Below the pieces are notes generated by a model, which worked only from the letters and a program-made list of their open reading frames with translations, did not search any database and had not been told where the DNA came from. Position numbers and translations under genes: made by a program. 64,000 nucleotides of DNA from NCBI GenBank assembly GCA_965263355.1, contig CBDHHL010000032.1, positions 1,184,001 through 1,248,000 on the forward strand, given 5' to 3'. This DNA is from Leptolyngbyaceae cyanobacterium. Lineage in GTDB: Bacteria > Cyanobacteriota > Cyanobacteriia > Phormidesmidales > Phormidesmidaceae. Shown one piece after another: positions 28,765 to 38,030 of this stretch; the first letter of the stretch is position 1, and each line of letters starts with the position of its first letter.

Positions 28765-28873
28765 AACAGTTTTTTCTCTTGGGTATTGCTCAGACTCTCG
28801 GTCAGCTTATTTATACGGATAATGTTTGGTACATCAATGCTATGCAAAATCACGTTCATGCTCCAGAGCATCC

Positions 28874-30526
28874 CTAAACATTAGCCAAATGTCGATGAAC
28901 AAACTGCACACAAATCGACCCTTCCCCTACACCAGAGGCCACCCGCTTCACCGACCCATGGCGCACATCCCCCACTGCAAAAATCCCCGACACACTAGTC
29001 TCCAACAAAAAGCGGTCTCTTTCTAACGGCCAGGGTGTCCCATGGGGAATATCCGCCCCACTATAAATAAAACCCCGCTCATCCCGCTGCACCACACCAT
29101 CAAGCCAGCCCGTACTCGGCGTCGCGCCAATAAAAATAAACAACGAGTTTGTCTTAAACACCTTCACCTCGTCAGCCTGAGAATCCTTCACCAAAATCTC
29201 TTCCAGCCGATCACCGCCTTTCGCCTCTACCACATTGTGAAACGGCATCACCTCAATATTGTCGGTGCCTGCAATCTGGTCAATCAAATACTGCGACATA
29301 CTTTTCGTCAGCGATTCACCCCGCACCAGCATCCGCACCTGGCGGGCATACTTCGAGAAATACATGGCCGCCTGTCCTGCCGAGTTAGCACCACCCACCA
29401 CATACACATCCTCATTCTCACAGGCCGCTGCCTCGGTCTGGGCCGCACCGTAGTACACCCCAGCCCCCGTAAACTGCTCCACACCTGGCACCGTCAGTCG
29501 TCGCCAGGCCACCCCCATTGCCAAAATCAATGCATGACAGCTAATCTCACTGCCATCTGACAGAGTCACAATCCGATAGTTATCTTCCAATCGAATACCC
29601 GTCGCCTCCTGGGGTGTTAAAATCTCTACACCAAATCGCTTTGCCTGGGTTACGGCGCGTCGGGCTAAATCTCCACCGCTCAAACCCACTGGAAAGCCTA
29701 AGTAGTTCTCGATCCGTGAGCTAGTGCCTGCCTGTCCACCAGGGGCCTCGCGCTCAATCATCACCGTACGTAGACCTTCCGACGCGCCATAAACTGCCGC
29801 TGCCAGACCTGCCGGACCACCACCGATGATCACCAGGTCATAAAACGGATTTGCCGCTTCAGTTTGCATCCCTACCTGCTGCGCCAGATCAGCCGGGCTA
29901 GGTTTTACTAGCTTCTCACCGCTGGGCAACAGCACTAATGGCAAACAGGGGTTATCCTTCTCGCCAGCATAGGTAACCAATTGTCGGGCTTCCTGGTTCG
30001 ACTCAATGTCCAACCAGCGATAGGGCACTTGATTTCGTGAGAGAAAATCCCGTAAAGAATGGGAAGCTGGAGACCAGCGATCGCTAATTACCTTTACCCC
30101 CTGAAATACTGGCTTAAACGTCGCCTGCCAGTCCTGTAGCAAATCGTCTAACACCGGATAAAGCTTTTCTTCCGGCGGGTCCCATGGCTTCAGCAAGTAA
30201 TAGTCTAGTTGCGCCGTATTAATGGCATCGATAGCTGCATTGGTATCAGCATAGGCCGTCAATAGTGTTCGCTTTGCCTTGGGAAATATTTCTGCGCCCT
30301 GATTCAAAAATTCAACGCCACTCATCCCCGGCATCCGCTGATCTGCTAAAAACAGTGCCACCGTATTGCCGCGTAGCTTAAGCTGCTGACTTACCTCTAG
30401 CGCCGTTGCCCCTGAGTCAGCTCGCACAATGCGAAAGCGATCTCCATACTGTTTCCGCAGATCACGGGAAATGGTCTGTAAGACAGCAGGATCATCATCA
30501 ATGGTCAAAATAACAGGCTTGTCCAT
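28874..30526 (-). CDS. Response-regulator receiver fused to a thioredoxin-reductase-like FAD/NAD(P)H oxidoreductase
   Basis: REC: IDDD..DQRMP..LLTAY..KPW; GGGPAG, GGQAGTSSRIENYLGFP, GGANSAGQ, AVGDVR. Confidence 0.92.
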   Translation of the reverse strand: MDKPVILTIDDDPAVLQTISRDLRKQYGDRFRIVRADSGATALEVSQQLKLRGNTVALFLADQRMPGMSGVEFLNQGAEIFPKAKRTLLTAYADTNAAIDAINTAQLDYYLLKPWDPPEEKLYPVLDDLLQDWQATFKPVFQGVKVISDRWSPASHSLRDFLSRNQVPYRWLDIESNQEARQLVTYAGEKDNPCLPLVLLPSGEKLVKPSPADLAQQVGMQTEAANPFYDLVIIGGGPAGLAAAVYGASEGLRTVMIEREAPGGQAGTSSRIENYLGFPVGLSGGDLARRAVTQAKRFGVEILTPQEATGIRLEDNYRIVTLSDGSEISCHALILAMGVAWRRLTVPGVEQFTGAGVYYGAAQTEAAACENEDVYVVGGANSAGQAAMYFSKYARQVRMLVRGESLTKSMSQYLIDQIAGTDNIEVMPFHNVVEAKGGDRLEEILVKDSQADEVKVFKTNSLFIFIGATPSTGWLDGVVQRDERGFIYSGADIPHGTPWPLERDRFLLETSVSGIFAVGDVRHGSVKRVASGVGEGSICVQFVHRHLANV

Positions 30527-30651
30527 GGGGCAAAGGTAAACTCATTGTTCGCATTCTGACAAAATCTGAGCCGTCTTATCATGAGAATGGTTAGACTTAA
30601 ATCATAGACAAAATTAGCGGATGCATCACAACCGTTTTCACCCCAAAACCA

Positions 30652-31494
30652 ATGAAAATGAATGCGAGTAAACAGTTTGAGACTCAGGGCTACATTATTC
30701 TAAAAAATTTCTTCGAACAAGAAGAAATTGAGCAAATCACTCAAATCGTTGACCGTATCTTTAGCCAGTGGCACACGGAAAATCAGCATGCAGTCATCGA
30801 GCAACAACTGATCAATATGCACTCGCTCACCCATCCAAAGTACTTTGAAAGCCATGGTCACGAAAGGCTTCAGTTCTTTAATTTAATCGCGTCTGCCAAA
30901 CTCACCAGTGCATTGGAGCAACTATTCAATACAGATATTTATTTTCACAATACACAACTCTTTTTTAACCCCTACAGTAAAGAAAAACATCCCTACTGGC
31001 ATCGTGATTTGCAATACAGCCCCATTGACGACAGGGTGCAGGCTGCAGAACAACACAACATGCTCAGCCTCCATGTGCGGATTCCCCTTGTCGCAGAAAA
31101 AGGAATAGAACTTATCCCCGACAGTCACACTCGCTGGGATACCGAACTGGAAAGAAATGTACGTTTTGAACTGAATGGTCATAAAAACCATGAAGCTCTA
31201 CCTGGGGCAGTCCTAATCGAACTCGAACCACGAGATGTATTAATCTTCAGTGCCCAAATAATTCACCGTGGCAATTACGCCCTGAATCCCACCCGTAAAG
31301 CTTTAGATCTCTGTTTAGGCAAACCCCATCCTTTAGTAAAGAGTTTTCTGGACCCAACAGGTCTGCCTACTAACGAAGAGATCAAACATATTCATAATTG
31401 TTCCTGGTACAATCTGGCACAGGAACTTGTCGCTGCTCAAGCAGAAACCCATGACTCATTTTCCAGAACAGCTAAAAGCTTTACCCAAGTTTGA
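30652..31494 (+). CDS. Phytanoyl-CoA dioxygenase (PhyH) family 2OG/Fe(II) oxygenase
   Basis: F.TQGYIIL..F, WHRD (HxD), IHRG..R. Confidence 0.85.
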   Translation: MKMNASKQFETQGYIILKNFFEQEEIEQITQIVDRIFSQWHTENQHAVIEQQLINMHSLTHPKYFESHGHERLQFFNLIASAKLTSALEQLFNTDIYFHNTQLFFNPYSKEKHPYWHRDLQYSPIDDRVQAAEQHNMLSLHVRIPLVAEKGIELIPDSHTRWDTELERNVRFELNGHKNHEALPGAVLIELEPRDVLIFSAQIIHRGNYALNPTRKALDLCLGKPHPLVKSFLDPTGLPTNEEIKHIHNCSWYNLAQELVAAQAETHDSFSRTAKSFTQV

Positions 31495-31759
31495 CGGTCC
31501 CTTCGACGCCTATAAGCTAACGGCACAAAACTGTGATGTTCTGTTTGCCAGCTATCCTATCGGAACAGAGATTCCACCCCATACCCATGATACCGACAAT
31601 GTTGGCGTGATCACCCAGGGTGAACTCATTCTCATCATGGATGGAGAAGAAAAACACTATAAACCAGGTGACTGGTATCATGTTCCTGCCCAAGCAATTC
31701 ATGCCGCACGATTTGAACAAGAAACCTCAGAAATAGAATTTTGGTTCAAGGTGGATTAG
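31451..31759 (+). CDS. Cupin-domain protein (ATG 31451)
   Basis: PPHTHDT..GVITQGEL..PGDWYHVPA..IHAA. Confidence 0.85.
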   Translation: MTHFPEQLKALPKFDGPFDAYKLTAQNCDVLFASYPIGTEIPPHTHDTDNVGVITQGELILIMDGEEKHYKPGDWYHVPAQAIHAARFEQETSEIEFWFKVD

Positions 31760-31927
31760 AGAGAGTTTTTAGCAAGGGGCAATCAGATATCCAGTCAGAA
31801 GGACCGTTCCCTATGTTAAGAGGTTAGCGTCGTAATGGATAAGTTCAAAAAGGGGGTAGTAGTTAAGGAATAATTAGGAATGGTATGTTTTGATTATGAC
31901 CTCGTCGCTCGTTCATAACTCACAACC

Positions 31928-32917
31928 ATGGTGATCTCCCCCAAACCCATTACCCAAATCGGCAGCAGCTTTGAGTTATCCATTGTTGTGCCCATTTACA
32001 ACGAGTACGAAAGCATTCCATTACTGATCGAGCAAATCAGTGGAGTAGCTCAGTTGATGGATGTACCTTACGAGCTGATTTGTGTGGATGATGGTTCAAC
32101 CGATGGATCTGGGGAGCTACTCAAAAAATTGGCCAGGGAACGTCATGACCTACGGGTTATCTTGCTGCGGCGAAACTATGGACAAACCCCGGCCATGGCA
32201 GCTGGATTTAATTACGCCAGAGGACGGGTCATTGTCACCCTGGATGGCGATTTGCAAAATGAGCCTGCCGATATCGCTACGGTTTACCATAAGCTCCATG
32301 AAGGGTACGACCTCGTAAGTGGCTGGCGTAAAGATAGGCAGGATGATGCGGTGACGCGGTTGCTACCTTCGAAAATTGCCAACTGGCTGATTGCCCGCGT
32401 GACCGGGGTACAGCTCCATGACTATGGCTGTTCGCTCAAGGCCTACAGTGCTGATGTTGTAAAAGACATGAATCTCTATGGTGAACTGCATCGCTTTTTA
32501 CCTGCGTTGGCTTATATAGAAGGGGCCCGCATTAGTGAAGTGCCTGTACGTCACCATGCGCGTCAGTTTGGCCAAAGTAAGTACGGTTTAGGACGCACGT
32601 TTCGGGTGGTATTAGACCTGCTGACCATTTACTTTATGAAGACGTTTCTCACACGCCCCATGCATGTATTTGGTCCGTTTGGTGCGATTTCTGTCTTTGC
32701 TGGTCTGGGTCTCAGTGTTTATTTGGCGTTTGTGAAGTTTATTTTGAACGCTGAGATTGGTAATCGTCCCCTGTTGTTGTTGTCCGTGGTGTTGTTTATC
32801 TCAGGCATTCAACTATTGAGTGTAGGGCTGTTAGCTGAGCTGATGATGCGCACCTATCACGAGTCACAAAAACGCCCTATTTATCGAGTGCGAGAAATAA
32901 TCGGCGGCAAAATTTAA
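31928..32917 (+). CDS. GT2 glycosyltransferase, ArnC/DPM1-like with C-terminal TM helices
   Basis: SIVVPIYNE, VDDGSTDGS, RNYGQT, LDGDLQNEP, DYGCSLKAY, ELHRF. Confidence 0.92.
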   Translation: MVISPKPITQIGSSFELSIVVPIYNEYESIPLLIEQISGVAQLMDVPYELICVDDGSTDGSGELLKKLARERHDLRVILLRRNYGQTPAMAAGFNYARGRVIVTLDGDLQNEPADIATVYHKLHEGYDLVSGWRKDRQDDAVTRLLPSKIANWLIARVTGVQLHDYGCSLKAYSADVVKDMNLYGELHRFLPALAYIEGARISEVPVRHHARQFGQSKYGLGRTFRVVLDLLTIYFMKTFLTRPMHVFGPFGAISVFAGLGLSVYLAFVKFILNAEIGNRPLLLLSVVLFISGIQLLSVGLLAELMMRTYHESQKRPIYRVREIIGGKI

Positions 32918-32953
32918 GTTTGGGTGTATGGATGCCTAATCTTGAATGGATGC

Positions 32954-33361
32954 CTAATCTTGAATGTAGGGGGCACCATTGACGAGGGAAATTTCAGCAC
33001 GCATAAACTCTCGTCCAAGATAGGCGGCATGGTCCAGATAGCTAATGGGACAGGGGTTTTCTTTGTCCTCGAACAGTTTTATGCACAGCTCCTTAGCAGT
33101 GCGCCCCTGATACAAACGAGTTTCTTGGCGTGGTGGGGTATCTTTTTTACATACCAAGGGTTCACCAGTTTCAGGATCACAGGCCACACCTTTGTCGTTA
33201 ATCACATTGGTGAAATGTTTAGCGCAGATGAGTCCTTGGTCAGTGTCTAAATAGATCAGGAAATAACCGTCAGGATCAAGTGCAATAAATCGTTTGGATA
33301 GCTTATCGTCTAAGTCCTTGAGCGTATCGGCAGAGGGACTACTATATTGACTGGTGGTCAT
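32954..33361 (-). CDS. DUF4346 family protein
   Basis: IALDPDGYFLIYLD, GRTAKEL, LDHAAYLGREF..AE. Confidence 0.85.
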   Translation of the reverse strand: MTTSQYSSPSADTLKDLDDKLSKRFIALDPDGYFLIYLDTDQGLICAKHFTNVINDKGVACDPETGEPLVCKKDTPPRQETRLYQGRTAKELCIKLFEDKENPCPISYLDHAAYLGREFMRAEISLVNGAPYIQD

Positions 33362-33431
33362 GGCAGAGAAGCGGTTTCAAATTAAGTTTCTTTGAGTCCC
33401 ATATTCTACCGTGCAGACTCTTTAATTTCAC

Positions 33432-34649
33432 TTATCCGCCAGTTCCTGCTTCCTCAATAACTAAGGGCTTGAGGGGCAAATCTGCATTGATATGGTCGAT
33501 TTCTTGTTGTTCGGCGGCGTTAATCCGGTCGATATAGTTATCGAGGACCTGGGCTAATGTAGGATGATAAAACTTATGCAGGCTATGGTTAGGCGCGGCA
33601 GGAAACCCACGACGTTTTTTGTGACGTCCACCGGCACCAGGGTCAAATTGTTGAATGCCGTTGGCAATGGCCCAGTCGATGGGTTCATAGTAGCAGGCAT
33701 TGAAGTGGAGATGGTTGTAGTCTTCGTGAGCGCCCCAGTAGCGGCCATAGAGCAAATCGCCTTTGGTTAAGCAAAAGGACATGCCGATGGGGTCGTTGCT
33801 ATCGTCGCTGTAGGCAGCAAAAATGACGGTGCGATCGCAATACTCCGGATGCAGCTGCTGAAAAAACTTACGCGTGAGATACTTGCTACCCCACCAGCCA
33901 AACTTATCGCAGGTATCACTATAAAAGTCGTAAACCAAATTGCATAGAGTATCTGATAGACCATCGCCGCTGTGCACCTCAAAGTGCAGCCCAGCTTTAG
34001 CAACCGATTTACGCTCCCGCTTAATATTGCGACGCTGGTTAGCATTAAAGCGAGCCAGGTAGTCATCAAACGTTTTGTAGCCTTCGTTTTTCCAGATATA
34101 GCTATGGTGCAGCCACTTATAAAAACCTAGCGCTTCCATAGAACTCTGCCAGACAGGGTCAGCATACAGAAAATGGCAGCCTGAAATCTGATTTTGCAGG
34201 CAAAACTGATCGATGGCCGCCACCATTACCTGGGTGAGTGTGGCCTCATCTTCCCCAGTGGCAATCAAAAACCGGTAGCCCTCAGCAGGGGTAAAGGGTG
34301 ACATACCCAATAACTTTGGATAGTAGTCAATCCCCAGCTGATCGGCTAAATCAGCCCACTGATGATCAAAAATAAACTCACCACGACTATGACCCTTGAG
34401 GTACAGCGGTGCGGCTGCGACTAGTTTGTCTTTGTACCACACTGTCAGATGGTTAGGCAGCCAGCCTGTCTGAGCTTTAGTACTGCCGGATGTTTCCATA
34501 GAATTGAGCCAAAACCACTCAAAAAAAGGTGTTTTGAGCGGTTGCGCCATGCTATCCCAGTCTGCTGCAGACAGGTCTGCCATACGATTAACCCAACGCA
34601 GCGTGTAGTCGGTCAATGACTCAGTTATGGTTGTCCCCATTCTTGGCAT
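33432..34649 (-). CDS. GNAT/FemAB-like (DUF482) protein
   Basis: PLYLKGHSRGEFIFDHQWA, YYPKL, LYGRYWG, LHFNACYY, FDPGAGG.HK. Confidence 0.88.
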   Translation of the reverse strand: MPRMGTTITESLTDYTLRWVNRMADLSAADWDSMAQPLKTPFFEWFWLNSMETSGSTKAQTGWLPNHLTVWYKDKLVAAAPLYLKGHSRGEFIFDHQWADLADQLGIDYYPKLLGMSPFTPAEGYRFLIATGEDEATLTQVMVAAIDQFCLQNQISGCHFLYADPVWQSSMEALGFYKWLHHSYIWKNEGYKTFDDYLARFNANQRRNIKRERKSVAKAGLHFEVHSGDGLSDTLCNLVYDFYSDTCDKFGWWGSKYLTRKFFQQLHPEYCDRTVIFAAYSDDSNDPIGMSFCLTKGDLLYGRYWGAHEDYNHLHFNACYYEPIDWAIANGIQQFDPGAGGRHKKRRGFPAAPNHSLHKFYHPTLAQVLDNYIDRINAAEQQEIDHINADLPLKPLVIEEAGTGG

Positions 34650-34686
34650 AGCGTTATTGGTTCTTTACGGTAATGTAGCGCGGTAG

Positions 34687-34770
34687 ATGGGGAATGGGAA
34701 GACGGGGAATAGGGAATGGGAATCCCCAACGGGCAATGGGCAATGGGAATCCCCAATGGGCAATGGGCAG
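34687..34770. repeat. STRR-like heptamer array (gggaatg/gggcaat) with ggaatccccaa inserts
   Basis: Read directly between the GNAT and RibD-like genes. Confidence 0.8.
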
Positions 34771-34779
34771 CGAGATTTT

Positions 34780-35496
34780 TTACCGCTGTCGTTGGTAATT
34801 TAAGAACACTTCATTCCCAATGGTTTGATTGGATATCAGTCTGAACCTGGGAGCATTTGCTAGGGAGAACCCAGGACCATCGCAGGGTGTGGGAGCATTA
34901 TAGCCACCGATGATCAAGGGACAAATGGTCAACCAGAGTTCATCAATCAGATCTATGGCCATGAGGTCGGCAACCAATTGACCACCACCCATTACCACTA
35001 GATGATGATTGCCCAGAGTTTTAAGTTCGGTCAAAATTTGTTGCCAGTCAAAATGGTTTGTATTTTGCTGAGTGGGTGCGTTCCAGATACGCTCAAAGTT
35101 ATCTTTTCCTTGCCAGGGTTCACCCCCTCTGGCGGTGGTTATTAACCAGCGCGGAACTGGCTGACTAAAGAAGGGTGCAGTCGGATCCAGCTGTCCTGAT
35201 GCAGAGCAGACAATCTGCAGTGGCTGGGGATTTTTTTGGTGTTGACGTCGTTTTTCCAATAGGTCTAGATCTTTAATGATGGCAGTGGTGCCGTAGGCTC
35301 TTAGGGTGCCAGCTCCAAATAACGTGGCATCTGCCTTGGCTAAACACTGTTCGAGATGGCGTTGATCAGCGTTTGATGGAAACCGGGCGGCAGTACGATG
35401 GGTATCGCTGATTTTGCCATCAGCACTCATGGCCAAAATAGTAGTGACGTGGGGACGACTTGTCGGTTTATGGCTACGCTTGTGAGCTGGCGGCAT
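34780..35496 (-). CDS. RibD C-terminal-domain reductase family protein
   Basis: LAMSADGKI, GAGTLR, MGGGQL, LIDELWLTICPLIIGG. Confidence 0.88.
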   Translation of the reverse strand: MPPAHKRSHKPTSRPHVTTILAMSADGKISDTHRTAARFPSNADQRHLEQCLAKADATLFGAGTLRAYGTTAIIKDLDLLEKRRQHQKNPQPLQIVCSASGQLDPTAPFFSQPVPRWLITTARGGEPWQGKDNFERIWNAPTQQNTNHFDWQQILTELKTLGNHHLVVMGGGQLVADLMAIDLIDELWLTICPLIIGGYNAPTPCDGPGFSLANAPRFRLISNQTIGNEVFLNYQRQR

Positions 35497-35955
35497 GGGC
35501 TTATTGGTACATAAATAGCTGTATTGGCTAGTCGGCTAGCTTGGTTGCAAAACATGTCATGTGTGATGCCCGTCAACATTTGGTTTCAGGCGATTGAGTA
35601 ACCTTTGATAAGGCTTCATCTATATGAGTGCTAATTCAACTTTTGGCAAGGTAGCCGGTAGTGAGGTAAGACCAGTCGATAAACTAGGTGGGTGCTGGTA
35701 CCGGTATCAGTAGTAACACAATGGTCGTAAGTACGATTATTGTGAAAACTGATATTGATGCATGGTGATTTAGCAGTAGAGATAACATCGAGATAGACGA
35801 AGCTTTCATGGGGGCGAGGTAGCTTCGATTAGACTATGGCAGGCTGGTAGGTATTTCTTATACGTCGTTATCTATGATTTGGAAGCTATGTCTTATCTAC
35901 AATCCCTGTTGAAATCAGTGGCGATTCTTAGATTCTTATAAGTTTTTAGCGGTTT

Positions 35956-37995
35956 ATGGCTAAGCGTCCTCTTTCATTTCGTCGGTTATTAATACTGCGT
36001 ATTTTGCTGTTGAGTACACCAGTGCTACTCATTGGCCAAGCAATTACGTTGCGTAAGGCACGTTCAAGCCTATTGGAAACTGCGCGGCAAAATTTAACGA
36101 GCAGTGCCATTAATAAGGCTACTGGTTTGAAGGAAAGTGTGCGAGCAGTAGAGTCTGAACTGATGCTCTTGGCAGATAGCCAAGCTTTGAAATCAGGAGA
36201 AACGAAAGATATTGAGCAGACTTTAAGGCGCTATATCGATATTGCTTCCCATCAAGTTGGCTGTTTGGAGTTGACTGATGCTGAAACAGGGAAGGTGTTA
36301 CAAACGTCCATGAGCTGTGGGGCGTCGTTGTTGCCAACACCGTTACAGTTGCCCTGGCAGCAGGATCCCACAGGGAAAGCGGACTTTTATTTAGTCGATC
36401 TGGATAGTCCTTATCGGACAGATACAGAGGTAGTGCCAGAGGCGGTTTCAGATCTCAATGATGAGCGGGGGATGCATCCTTCTCTGCTCGATTTAATTGT
36501 GGCCACACCGATTTATAACCCGGAAGGCAAGCTGCGCTACACCTTGTCTGCTCAGCTCGGGTTTACTCAGCTGGAGGATACCAATCCCCGTTCATTAGTA
36601 GGTAAAACCGTCATTATTGACCCCAATGGCATTGTAGTGACCCATCCTGACCCTAATTTAGTCGGTCTTTCGGTGGATGATCTCCGGGGGGCTGATCGGT
36701 TTGTGAGCATCATTAGTAGTATTCGGGTGGGGAATGCGGATACTTTACACCTGTTTAGCTTGTTGGAAAGTGGTGATGAATGGCTAGCAGGCTATAGTGG
36801 CGCGAAGCTACCAATTTCTACGGGACAGACCCAAACCTGGAATGTGCTGGCGGTGACGCCACTTGATCAGGCCCTCCATGCTTTGGGGGAAATTCGCATG
36901 ATTTTATTCCTGCTGACGCTGGGGTTACTGGGGGCTAATGCGCTGCTGGCTCTCTATGTGGCGCGTAGTTTGTCATTACCTGTGGAGCGGTTAATTCATT
37001 ACACTCAACAGGTGCAAGATCTTTCCTCTGAGGTGAAAGCAGCTCCTAAAAACCGAAGTATTTGGGAGTTAGACTACCTGGGCAAGGTATTAGAACGGAT
37101 GCTACGTCGCCTGGAGGGTGGAGCCCAAGAGCTACGCCAGGCTTGGGAAAATGCTCAAATGGCAAACCAGCTTAAAAATGAGTTTTTAGCAAATACCTCC
37201 CATGAGTTGCGTACGCCGCTCAATGCCATTATTGGTTGTGTCCGTCTGGTGCGGGATGGCTGCTGTGATGATCGTGAAGAGGAGCTAGAGTTTTTAGAGC
37301 GGGCTGATAATGCGGCAATTCACTTGCTGAAGATTATCAATGACATTTTGGATATTGCCAAAATCGAATCGGGCACCATGAGCCTTGATTTAGAAACGTT
37401 GGATTTGGGGCATGTTGTTCAAGCGGTTCTAGATATGCAAGCGCTGCAGATTGAACAAAAAGGGTTAGCTCTATATCGTCCTCAAAAGTCAGAGCCAATT
37501 TGGGTAAAGGGTGATGGCGATAAGCTAAAACAAGTGTTGCTGAACATTGTCTACAATGCGATCAAATTTACCCATAGTGGCAGTATTACGGCCAAAATAG
37601 AGGTGGTCCATACGGTAGATGCCTCGGACGATGATTCAGATGGGGTACCTGCACCTCGGGTCAGTGTGACTATTCAGGATACGGGCATTGGCATTGATCC
37701 CAAGGACCAACAAAAACTATTCCATCCGTTTGTCATGGTGGATGGTACTCATACGCGCAGTTATGAGGGCACAGGTCTAGGGTTGGCCATTTCGAAGAAC
37801 TTTATGAAACTAATGGGCGGTAGTATTGGTCTCTACAGCGCAGGTGTGGGGCAAGGGACGGCTGTGACGGTGAGCTTACCGCTGTTGGCTAATCAAGGTG
37901 AAACTGAGACTGAAGATGAGGAGCCTGAGCAAGTTGATAATTATGGGACTCCAGTAGCCGAACAGGTTTTGGTAGGGCAGACGGTAGATGGTTAA
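35956..37995 (+). CDS. Membrane sensor histidine kinase (Cache/HAMP-HisKA-HATPase)
   Basis: Two TM regions, EFLANTSHELRTPLN, NIVYNAIKFT, DTGIGI, GTGLGLAI. Confidence 0.93.
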   Translation: MAKRPLSFRRLLILRILLLSTPVLLIGQAITLRKARSSLLETARQNLTSSAINKATGLKESVRAVESELMLLADSQALKSGETKDIEQTLRRYIDIASHQVGCLELTDAETGKVLQTSMSCGASLLPTPLQLPWQQDPTGKADFYLVDLDSPYRTDTEVVPEAVSDLNDERGMHPSLLDLIVATPIYNPEGKLRYTLSAQLGFTQLEDTNPRSLVGKTVIIDPNGIVVTHPDPNLVGLSVDDLRGADRFVSIISSIRVGNADTLHLFSLLESGDEWLAGYSGAKLPISTGQTQTWNVLAVTPLDQALHALGEIRMILFLLTLGLLGANALLALYVARSLSLPVERLIHYTQQVQDLSSEVKAAPKNRSIWELDYLGKVLERMLRRLEGGAQELRQAWENAQMANQLKNEFLANTSHELRTPLNAIIGCVRLVRDGCCDDREEELEFLERADNAAIHLLKIINDILDIAKIESGTMSLDLETLDLGHVVQAVLDMQALQIEQKGLALYRPQKSEPIWVKGDGDKLKQVLLNIVYNAIKFTHSGSITAKIEVVHTVDASDDDSDGVPAPRVSVTIQDTGIGIDPKDQQKLFHPFVMVDGTHTRSYEGTGLGLAISKNFMKLMGGSIGLYSAGVGQGTAVTVSLPLLANQGETETEDEEPEQVDNYGTPVAEQVLVGQTVDG

Positions 37996-38030
37996 TAATG
38001 AGATGGATAGTTGACGATGGGGTTAGGCCC

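Noticed and set aside
27555..29560. Pro/His/Thr-rich + strand ORFs (27555-27911, 28624-28884, 28826-29026, 29042-29560)
   Set aside because: Shadows caused by strand skew opposite yhcG and REC-TrxR.
32928..32963. 18-bp tandem duplication at the DUF4346 stop
   Set aside because: Real, but a simple slippage duplication with no coding effect.
34687..34770. Heptamer arrays here and at ~3868, ~39945 and ~48968 as a novel system
   Set aside because: They match the known STRR-type repeats common in filamentous cyanobacteria.
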